Positions 14,001 through 24,900 of a stretch of DNA of 64,000 nt are shown piece by piece. The notes beneath the pieces were generated by a model. It was not told the origin of the DNA, did no database searches, and worked only from the letters and a program-made list of their open reading frames with translations. The translations under genes were made by a program, and so were the position numbers. This DNA is from Protoeuglena noctilucae (lineage: Eukaryota). Location of the stretch: NCBI GenBank assembly GCA_958009085.1, contig OY253673.1:1302001-1366000 (forward strand). The letters run 5' to 3'. Within the stretch, counting starts at the first letter, position 1, and each line of letters opens with the position of its first letter.

Positions 14001-17000
14001 ATATATATCATATATATCTCATATATCATATCTAGCTCTCCGTCTCACCTTACCCCCAGACGCTCGCTTCCACCGCGCTCACAAGAAGTTCAAAGTGGGC
14101 CAGGCCGTGACGGGCCTGGTGCTGGGCGCTCCCAGCAAACCCGGCCGGGCGTGCCCGTTGACCCTCAAGCGAGCGCTGATCGACTCCAAGCTGCCTCGCA
14201 TCGTCAGCATGGACGGCACGGCGCCTGGGACCAAGAGCCACGGCACGGGTGAGAGGACGATAGTGATGGTGGGCATATTGCCCATCGTATGTGTTGATGA
14301 TGATGGGTGGATGGGCAGATGTATGGGGGGAGAGATGCAGCAGGGTTGAGATGGGCAGGTGGGTGGCGGGAGACGGGTGAGGGTGGGTGACATGGGCAGG
14401 TACGTGTGGATGCATGTGGAGGGAGAGGTGGCTTGGTTGAGATGGGCAGGTGCACATGCACATAGCTTCACTTAACTTTCCTTTTTCCTTAACCCTCGCA
14501 TCCATGTCCCCCCTCGCAGTGACGGGCATTGAATCCTACGGCGTCTTCGTGGAGTTTTTTGGGGGCGTGACGGGCCTGGTTCCCACGAAGGAGCTGGGAC
14601 TCGAACCCGGGCAGAAGGCGAACGAGGCATTTGAAGTCGGCACCGTGGTCAAAGCAAGGGTAATGTCCGTGGACGCTGCCAAGGGCCGGCTGCGGCTGTC
14701 GCTGAGCGCAAAGGCAGCGGCGGAGGCGGCGGGTGGGCCGGCGTTGTCGCCTGGCGATGTGGTGGGGGGCACGGTGACTGGGGTGGAGAGAGATGGGAAT
14801 GGGACGCTGCGGGAGCTGCGTCTGCGGGCGGGGGCGGGGCAGGCGCTGGTAATGCCGACTGCGCACCTGTCGGACCATCCACTGGCGATCGAAGCACTGG
14901 CGGAGGCTGTGAGGGAGGGAGACGAGGTGAGGGGTGGTGCTGTTCATGGGGTTGTGAGGGAGGGAGACGAGGTGAGGGGTGGTGCTGTTGGTGGGAGATG
15001 TGAGGGTTGATGCTGATGGTGGGGGCTGTGAGGGAGGGAGAGGACAAGCAAGCGTTGCTGCACCACAGCCACGCTACCATCACGATACGATAGTGACGGC
15101 GTAAGCTACTGCCACTTAACCTCACATACACCCTCACCACTCCCCCACCCCCCCAGTTCCCCGACCTGCTCGTGCTCGACGTCTACCCCACCACGGGCGA
15201 CGCGCTCGTCACACGCAAGCCGGCCCTGCTGGCCTCTCGCGACGTCATGCCACGCGACATCAACGCTGTATCTGAGGGCCTCACTGCGCCCGGATACGTC
15301 GCGAGCGTGACCGAGGAGGCGGCGTTTGTGAGGTTTTTGGGTAGGTTGACGGGCCGCGTGCCTCGCTCGCATGTGCCGGGCCCCGGGGAGCAGGCAAACC
15401 CGAGAGAGAGTTTGGTGACTGGTCAGACGGTGATGGCCCGCGTGACGGGCGTGGATGTCGCCAGGGGCCGCGTCGCGCTCTCGCTGCGGCCCAGCCTGTG
15501 CGCGGCGGCCACCACGGCTGCCCCGCTGCTGGCGTCGCTGTGCCGGGACTTGCACCTCGCTGCGGCGCTGCAAGAGCGGCGGGGGGGAGCGGGCGACCAG
15601 GGCGGCGTGCCGCTGCAGGTGAGGGGTAAGGGGGCGGGGCGGACATGGCTGCGATGGACCTGCAATAGTGGGTGCATGTTGACCATCCTATACAGATATG
15701 ACAACACCCACCGACCACTCCCCCATCGAGTGTTGTTAACTCTCTCATTTGCTTTCTTATATCCTCTCCCATCCACTCTCCCATGCACACTCCCCGCAGA
15801 CCTTCTCGAGTGGCCCCCTGCGCCCGGGGTCCCTGGTGACCGGCACGGTGGATGAGATGTGCGACTACGGAGCCGTCTTGACGCTCACCGAGTGCGACGA
15901 GGCCATCGGATTGGTGCCCACGGAACAGCTGTCAGTATTAGAGACGACTTTCGTGCCCGGCAGCGCGGTGCGGGGGGTGGTGGTGGATGTGACGCTGTCC
16001 CAGGGGCTGGCGGAGGTGAGCGGCCGAGCAGACTTGCTCGAGGCAGCGGAGGGGCGGGCGAAGGCAACAATGAAGGGAAAGAAGAAGAAAGCGACTGCTG
16101 CGGCTGCGGAGGGGGCGAGGGAGGTGGAGCTGGGGGTGGGGGACCGGGTGACTTGTCGGGTGGAGGTGGTCAAGCCGGGGTACGCGGCAGTGTCGCTGCC
16201 TGCGACCCACGGGCGCGCGATGGCGCTGCTATCGACGTGCACGCTCAACACGACGCGGGCGCACGGGGCGCGGCTGTCGGTGGGGCAGGAGGTGGCAGCG
16301 GAGGCAGCGGTAGAGCCTAGCGAAGCGTCGTTGGGGCGGTGGGTGCTGAAGTTGGTGCCGAGGGACAAGAGCGAGGGAACAGAGGGGGTTAAGAAGGAGA
16401 AAGGGGAGCGAGGCAAGGAGGCAGGGCCGGAGGTGGGGCTGGGTGACGTGGCGGACGCGACCGTGACGGCCGTGCATGCGACGCAAGTGGAAGTGCGGCT
16501 GCCGTCGGGGCAGGTCGGGAGGGTGCATGCCACGGAGGTGAGGGTTGGGAGGGGTGGGATGGATGATGTGGGGAGGTGGTATTGAATGGTGCTGTTGACA
16601 ATAACAGGGTGGCGAGTGTGGCACCTCTCTGTCTCTCCTCGCTCATCTCTTTCATCTCTTTTCTTCCATCACTCACCTCCCATCTCTCACCTCTCATCTC
16701 TCACCTCCCATCTCTCACCTCTCATTCCACCTCTCACCTCTCACCTCCCTCTCTCACCTCTCCTCACCCCCTCAACCCCTCAGATCCTCGACTCCATGGC
16801 AGGCGACCGTGTCCCCCTCGAGGGCCTCACCCCAGGCACCCACCTGCCCTGCACCGTGGTAGCGGAGGTGCAGGGAGCGGGGAGCAAGAAGGTACACGCG
16901 TTGGAGCTGTCAGCACGGCCGGCAGCCGTGGCGGCGGCGAGGGAGGGGCGGCCCGCGGGGTTCCGGTACACGCTGCCGGGGCTGAGGCAGGGGCAGGTGA

Positions 17001-20000
17001 GAGGGTGGGAGTGGTGGTTGTGGTACACGCTGCCGGGGCCGAGGCAGGGGCAGTGATGGCATAGCTGAGATGCACAAGTGACTACTGTGCCCTTCCTCTC
17101 CCCATCACACTGTCATCCCACTCCCTCTCTCTTACCCACCCCCCCAGGTGGTGGAGGGCGTGGTGCAGGAGACGCACGATCGATTCCTGTGGGTCTCCCT
17201 TTCCCCCGTGCTGCGTGGCCGGCTGCTGCGGCTGGACGCCTCCTCCGACCCCAACGCCGTCGCTGCTTCAGAGACCTTCCCACCGGGGACGCCCGTCCGG
17301 TGAGGGAGCGAATATTGGATGTGGTGTATGGTACATACATGGTGGTGGTGGGAGCGGGTGGCGGATGTGGTGTCTGGTAAACGGTGATGGCGGTGGGTGC
17401 GGGTTCGGGATGCAAGTGTGCGCGTCCATGCCCCCTACGTTATTCATCCATTCCTATCCCTTATCATCTTATCCCATATCAGTTCTCCCTCACCATCCCC
17501 CACACCTCTCCCTGACGCCCCCAGTTGCCGCGTGGCTGCCGTGGACGTGGGCGCGCGGTCGGTCGACCTCACGCTAAGGGACGAGCCGCCCTGCACGTCC
17601 CTGCCAGCTGACGGGTCCCTCGTGATGGGCGCGGTGGCCAAGCTGACGCCCACGCACGCCCTGGTGTCGCTGGGGGGCAGGCGGTGTGGGCGTGTTGGGG
17701 TGGTCGATGCCGACGACGCGTATTTGGACAAGCCACTCTCCCGGCTGCGTGTGGGTGCCTACGTGAGGGCCTACGTGCTCCGCTGCGACGAAGACGGCGC
17801 CCGCATCGACCTGTCGCTCCGGCAGCAGCATGGGGCGGCGTGGGAGGGGTGCGAGCGGCCCTCGCGTGTGGCTAAGAAGGATCGCGTGCCGATGAGCCTG
17901 GACCCGCGGTGGCTGAAGAAGGGCGACAGCGTGCGGGGGTGGGTGACGGAGGTGTCCAAGAAGGGGGTGTTCGGTGAGAGATTACGGGGTTGGGTTGGTG
18001 CGTAGGGGTGGGTGGGGTGGTGGTGGTTGGGTATGTGGGGTAGAGAGAGCATGAGGGTGGGTTGGTGGAGGTCGAGTTGGTGAAATCACAAATTGGGACT
18101 TGGGAGGTTGCTGTCTGCCTCACTTACCATGCATCGATCCCTTACTAGTACTAAAAGTAGCACTTAGTGCTACTAAGTGTACTCGCTTCGTCTCGCAGTT
18201 GCCCTCCCTGGCTCCGCGTCCGGTCGCGTCAAGCTCTCTCATTTGTCTGATGGCTACGTGGAGGACCCCGCGGCCGCCTTCCCACCGGGCACACTCGTGC
18301 GCGGCAAGGCGAGTGGGTGGGGGTGTGTGGGTGGGGGTGTGGGTGTGGGTGGAGATGGGTGTGAAGGGTGATGAGGGGCTCTGTAGCTTAAGAATACTGC
18401 TGTCTGAGAATGGCTCTGCGCATGTCGGGAAGCACGGGGTGTAGAATCTGCGGAGTGGACTTACACGCACACATGCGCACACGCACCCATGCACACCAAT
18501 GCAGCACATCCCACTCGCGTCAGCCTCCCCTCGCTTCCTCGTCAACAACATTCAACTCTTAAAAATCCAAATTCAAATCCTCCCCGCAGGTGCTGGAGGT
18601 GGACCCCGAGGGCAGGGTGGACATCGACCTCCGTTCGGGCGCGGGGCGGCAGCCCGGGGTGCGCACCTTAGAGGAGCTGAGCGAGGGCGAGGTGCTGTGG
18701 GGAGTCGTGAAACGAGTCGAGAAGTACGGGGTATTCATGCTCCTGGACGGCACGGCCTGCACGGGGCTGGCGCACGTGAGCGAGTGCGGGGACGGCTTTG
18801 TCAGAAACATCGGGGAGCTGTTTCAGGCGGGAAAGCGGGTGCGGGTGAAGGTGATCAAAGTGGATAGGGACGCGGGGCGCGTGTCGCTCAGTGCAAAGCC
18901 ATCGGTGGTGGGGGCGGAGGGCGGGGGCGGGGCGGAGGGGGCGGGGAGGGCGGAGGTTGATTTCGAGGATGTGGTGATGGAGGGAGACGATGGGGGTGAC
19001 GATGGGGAAAACGAAGCGTCGGGGAGTGAGGGCGAAGGGGATGGGGACGGGGGCAGTCTGTCCGAGTCGGATTTGGTGGGGAGCAAGGGTGACGGTGGGG
19101 ATAGCGACGATGACGACGGCGGCAGTGATGATGGGATGGGGGAGGGAGAGAGCGATGGGGAGAGTCGTTCTGAGGAGATGGGCAGTGAGGAGGAGGGTGG
19201 GGACGCGCGAATGGGGGAGGAATCATCGAGCGGGGATGGGTCCGATTCTGGCGATGGGGACGATATCGGTGATAGTGACGATGAGGATCTGGATAAGGTC
19301 GATTTCGACGACGTGGGGGTGCGGAGGGGGGTGGCGGGGGAGGGGATTGGGGCGGGGGGCGAGGGCGAGGGCGGGGGTGGGGGTGAGGGTGGGGAGGGGC
19401 GGGCGCGGATGGGCAGTAAAGAGAAACGGCGGAAGAGGGAGGAGAGGGAGAGGGCCGTGCTCGAGGCAGAGGTGAGTGTGGGGTTTGTGTTAAGTATGCG
19501 TGCGGGTGTGAGTGGCGATGGGGGCCATCGGTTTGTGGCTTGCGTATGGGTCACGCGTGCTCGGGCAATGCTGAAGCAATGCGCGGCACCCTGTTGCGCG
19601 TGCGGGGATGTTCGATTTCATCCCCTCGCCTCGTGAGCTATCGTGTCTTCTTTCGATGTTACCCCAACGTGCCGTAGCGCCGGCACGCAACGTGCTGTGC
19701 GCATCATTCCGCGAACCTCGCCCCCGCAGCGCCGCAAGGTGGAGGGCGACGCGCCCGCGAGCGAGCACGAGTTCGAGGCCCTCTGCGTCGCCTCGCCCAA
19801 CAGCAGCTACATCTGGGTGCGTTACATGGCGTGGCTGCTGTCCCGTGACGACGTGGCCCGGGCACGCGAGGTGGCCGAGAGGGCGCTGCGGACCATTAGC
19901 CAGAGGTGAGGGAGTGCGATGGGATGTGGAATTTGCATGGCTGTGTGTTGTGAAAAATGGGTGGGACCCCCACCCTGGGAGGGGCTGAGAGTGACTCGTC

Positions 20001-21301
20001 GCACCGCCATCCGCCCCCGCCTGCCTCATGCAGCACCTCTCTGAGAGGGGCTGGGAGATCGCCCGCTGCTAGGAAGTCGCGGAACGGTTCGAATTTATAT
20101 ATAAATTACAATTATCGTCGCAACTGCAGGGAGGAGAGCGAGAAGTTCAACGTCTGGGTGGCGTATTTGAACCTGGAGGCGCAGTATGGCGGCCCCTCCG
20201 CCGCCGCGCAGCTCTTCCAGCGCGCGCTGCCCTACTGCGAGCCCAAGAAGATTTATATGGCGATGCTGGACATCGCGGAAACGAGGGGCGACAAGGAGAC
20301 GGCGCAGGCGAGCGATGCACGCTAGGATGCGCTGCGGCGGTGCAGGACGCATTTGCAGTCACAGGAAGGGGCGGAGAGGTCGTCGGGGGGTATGTATTGT
20401 ATATATAGAGAATTCAAGAGTCATAGGGAGGTGCAGGCTGGGCGCAGAGAGGCGCAGCGGGGAGTTGGGCCATGCGCTTCCCCACCGAGCTGCAGCTTGC
20501 CTCCAACCTCCTCTCCGCTCCGCGACACACACTACGCGACGCTCCGTGTCACCCTTTTCGTCACGAACCCGCATCCGCGCCCCGCCCCGCAGGACATGCT
20601 GCGCCAGCTGTGCAAGAAGTTCCATGACGATCCCCAGGCGTGGCTGCGGAAGGTGCGGTGGCATCTGCGCCAGTCGGACGCGGCCGGCGCGCGGCAGGCG
20701 ATGGAGCGCGCCATGCAGGTGCTTCCGCGGCACCGGCACGTGGAGATGGCCACGCAGGCGGCGCTGCTGGAGTTCCGGGAGGGGGCGCCCGAGAGGGGCA
20801 GGTGAGGACCTGCAGGAGTAGTGGCGAAGGGAGAAGCATAGTGCGTGATTGGATCGAACGATCGAACAGGCTTGTAAATGAAATGTCACTGTCATTCGCG
20901 AGCTTTTCCGTGCCTTATCGTGCTACCTTGCACACCTGCCCCTCTCCTGCCCCTCTCCACGCACCGCACCGTCACCCAACACACCCTCCGCAACCCTTCA
21001 CCTCTTCATTCCCCGTATACTATCCCCCAGGGGCGTGATGGAGGGCATCCTGCGCAGCTACCCCAAGCGCACGGACATATGGGGCGTGTACCTGGACCAG
21101 GAGGTTAAGCTGGGAGACGTGCTACGGGCGCGTGCTCTGTTCGAACGTGCTGTGGCCACGGACCTGCCCCCCAAGAAAATGAAGGCATTGTTCAAGAAAT
21201 ACGTGGCGTTTGAGGCGAGGAACGGGGACGAGGGTCGCGTGGAGGAGGTCAAGAGGAAGGCGATGGAATACGTGGCAAGGACGCTGAGGGTGGAGGGGTG
21301 A
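11039..21301 (+). CDS. RRP5: rRNA biogenesis protein RRP5 (tandem S1 domains plus C-terminal HAT/TPR repeats), ~20 exons
   Basis: N-terminal FPRGGG; repeated S1 motifs (GVVKRVEKYGVF, GIESYGVFVEFFGGVTGLVP); acidic linker; HAT region PNSSYIWVRYMA, EKFNVWVAYLNLE, YPKRTDIWGVYLDQE, PKKMKALFKKY, VKRKAMEYV. Confidence 0.95.
12478..12517 (+). repeat. (GTG)n microsatellite, ~13 copies, at the 5' end of an RRP5 intron
   Basis: Read directly; lies just after the GC donor at 12468. Confidence 0.95.
16630..16770 (+). repeat. Degenerate (TCTCACC)-type pyrimidine repeat in the 3' half of an RRP5 intron
   Basis: Read directly. Confidence 0.8.
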
Positions 21302-21994
21302 TGAGAAGGGGGGGTGAGGTTGGTGGAGGTGGTGGTGCAGAAGTGGGGTGGGCGAGTGAGGGCGTGGTGGTGGGGTGTGGAAGTGGCGTGGTGAAGAGTG
21401 GGAGGTGGCTCATGCAGTGCTGCATTGGAGAGATAGATGTTGGGCTCTTTTGAGTCGCCTTGTGGGACACAGTTCGCTTGAAACACAAGAGTAAACACAT
21501 GAGTTGTGTTCGGACAATGTCATTCTGGTAATTAGCCACAATCAGTGACGTCGCTTGGTCGCATTCAACACGCCCGACAGCTGCTGGTGCTGCCCAGGGG
21601 CCGCCCTTGCCGGCACGGCTCTGCAGAGAAACGCTCGCATGGGCAGAGTGGAGGGTGAGAAGTACACAGAAAAGGCTTGAAACACGGAAACGCGAGAGCA
21701 CAGGGATCGAACAGTTACACACCTGATAGCCACACCACCCCGCACCACGCATGGCGCGTTGCGATGGGCGGGGATGGGCAAAGGCCGGCGGAACGGTACG
21801 CAAGGGCAATGCGTCGTTGCCTGATATGCGCAAACACACGTGCGTGTAGAGAGCAGCGCCGCAAGGGCCGCGGTTGTTGTGGCACTCGAACATCGCTGAG
21901 TCAAAGCCGGGTCGCTCGTCACTACTGAGAGAGCACCGTCGCTTGGGCTCATGGCCCTCTTGAGTCGAACCAATCCCGTGCCTCGCCCTCCCCA

Positions 21995-24900
21995 TCACTT
22001 GAGTTTCTTGCGCGTCAGTTCGAACAGCACGCTCGGCACGCGGTAGATGGTGACTAGTGTCCAGAAGAGCTCCTCCTCCATCTCAAGGTCACCCTCGGCG
22101 CGGGCGATGTAGATGTCGTCGATCAGGGCACGCATGCGCTGCGAGGGGGGGTGTGGGTGTGGGTGTGGGTGTGGGTGTGGGTGTGGGTGTGGGTGTGGGT
22201 GTGGGTGTGGGTGTGGGTGTGGGTGTGGGTGTGGGTGGGTGTGAATGCTAGGGGGTGGGAGTGTCGATTGCTGTCAACTACACACTAATCATATCATATC
22301 TTACCTTGGGATCCGGCGTCTGCTCGTAGGGTATCTTGAGCTTCATGTTAGTGACCGACACTCTCACGAACTTGCCCACGGCCCACACCACGCCCAGGTA
22401 CAGTCCGCTGATGGAGAGAGACGAGAGCTGGGACCCAACGCCGCCCGTGCTGACCTTGTCGAGCAGGGTCACGACCTGGGGGGGTGATGGGGGGGAGGGG
22501 TGGGGTGAGAGGGGTGGTGAGGTGAGAGGGGGGTGGGAGGTGGGGGGTTGATGGGATGGGGTGGGGGGTGAGGGAGTGTGGCAAGGGAGGTGGGAAGTAA
22601 GAGGGGCGATAAGGGGACTGGGAGTTGCATGAGTGGCAAGCGGAACTGCACCAAGCTCCCTTACTCCCCTCAAAACCCCATCACCTGCCATGCCTTTTCC
22701 TAATTACCCCATCGCCCCCCATCATCCCCCTCATGTCTCGCCTGTGGTCCGTTATAGTTCCCGTTCCCATAGCACGTCGCGTGGCTGTCGTTGGTCGATG
22801 CCCCGCTGAAGGCCGCAGCACGATTGGAGGCGTACCCGCAGTACACGGCCCACCAGGCGTCGCCCGCCGCATCCGTGTCCAGTTGCAGGTCACAAAAGAC
22901 CTGAGAGCAGAGGTGTTGATTTTGAATGAAGATGACTGGAATTGTAATTGGGATCTTTGGGGTGACTGCAACCTTCTGGTCGCTGGTCCACAGCCCCATC
23001 GACGACGCGCTGCTCCCCACTCACCCACTCACCCACACCCATTCACACACCCATTCCCATTCATCTAATCACACCCACTCTCATGCAACCTCCCACCTTC
23101 TGGTCGCTGGTCCACAACCCAGTTGACGACGCGCTGCTCCCTTCCCCCGCCGCCGCCTCCCTCAACACCGCGTACTTCTCCCTCCTACTATACAGCAGAT
23201 CGATCCCCTGGTATCCCGTATTCACCGAGCACGTGCTCCCACCCACGCGCCAGAACAGCGTGTAGAGCCCCGCCTCGCTGCCGGCTGCCGCGTCCAGCGT
23301 GGCGCGCGTGGCTGTCCCGTTCAGCACCGCCAGAACCGCAGACACCGACGTTGGGCTCAATTCGGTCGACACCTGCGCCTGGCACTCCCCCGCAGCTTTG
23401 TCGTTGCGGCTGAAGGACCACTGGAAGTCCACGGTCACTGACGCCAGGGGATCCGCCAGAACCGCCGCCAGTCTGGCGCGTAGCGGGGGGGTGACCTGCC
23501 AGCGCGTGGACGACCGCGGGTCGATGCAGAGGAGTTGCAGGGCGGATGGGGCGTAGTTACTGAGCTCTGGGGGCCTCGCATTGGCCCCAGTCCAGTCCTG
23601 GGTGGACCACCGGTAGCCGCCCGTGTAGACGGGGACGGTGAACTTGGCGCCGATGGGGGCGCCGTCGACGGAAGTGGACTGCGGTGAGGGGTGGGGGAGG
23701 GGTGATTGGGGTGATTGATTGGTCTGTGCCGACGTGTTAACGGTGTCGACAGGTGCCTATGTCTACCACACATAGACTTCCCATTCACCAACAATGCCCA
23801 TTGCAACTACAAATGCTCCCACATCACGCTCAGTCACTCACCGTCGGCAGCGTCGCCCCAATGCTGACTTGCACGGTATCCACATGCACCGTGGGCACTT
23901 GGAAGGCCGGGTTATAAGCGGCGAAGAGCATCAGCGGCATCCACACCAACGCGCACAGGGCGCAGAAGAGCAGCACTCCCTGCAGCACCTTGCGCCAGCT
24001 CGGCTCCTTGCGGCCCAGGTAGCGGAAGTGACTGGGGGTATGAGAGGGGGGAAGAGTGAGTGAGTGGGGGTGATTGGGGGGTCGCGGAAGGGGGGAGTGG
24101 GTGGGGGTGGTGGGGAGGTGAGTGGGGGTGGGGGTGAGTGAGGGAGTGAGTCAATGAGTGAGTGAATGAGTGAGTGAGGGAGGGAGGGAGGGAGTGAGGG
24201 AGTGAGTGAATGAGTGAGTGAGAGAGTGGGTGAGGGAGGGAGTGTGGGTGAGTGGGTGAGTGAGTGTGGCATGTGTGAAACTGAGTGCATTGCTTATCAC
24301 CCCCCAAACCCCCCACCCCCCATTATTACTCCTCTCCACTTACCGAATGTTCCTGTCGAAGGTCGCCAGGAACAGCGCCGCGTGGATGTCCTCGATCAGC
24401 AGCCAGTCGGAGAACCGCAGCGTGGTGAGCGTGCACGCCCAGTCCAGAAGATGCCGCAGCTCAAACACGAAGGGAATACCCGTGGTAATCGTGTAGATGT
24501 ACCACCCGATCGCATTCGGGAACTGCAGGAACAGCTGCGAGTATCTGCCGATGCCGTTGCGGTAACTGGATGCTTCCGGGTAGCCCGACCGCAGCTGCAG
24601 CGCCCCAAACACCAACGCAGATCCTTTTAGCAAAAGGAATATTCGCAGGTGCACGCCGGCCGGGGACTTGAGGCTGGAGTACCAGTAAGCGCTGGTCACG
24701 CCGCCGACCAGTATTGACACTTGGAAGTAGTGAACGATGGCTTTGAGGAAGTGGGAGCCCATGGTGTAGGCGAGTCGGTCGAGCACCATGAGCAGGAACA
24801 TGCCGATGAGCAGGCCCAGGAAGGAGAGGGGGACGATGCTGGTGCCTGGGGGGTTTGGGGGGGTGGGGTGGGGGGAGTGAGGGAGGGTTGGAGTGGGTTG

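Noticed and set aside
22149..22240. Interstitial telomeric repeat
   Set aside because: The unit GTGTGG does not match TTAGGG/TTTAGGG-type algal telomere repeats and fits the general C-rich 3' intron pattern.
22973..23096. Intron created by AGGT duplication, using the echoed AAG as acceptor
   Set aside because: A conventional CTCTCAG acceptor at 22901 gives a better model; the echo is probably intronic.
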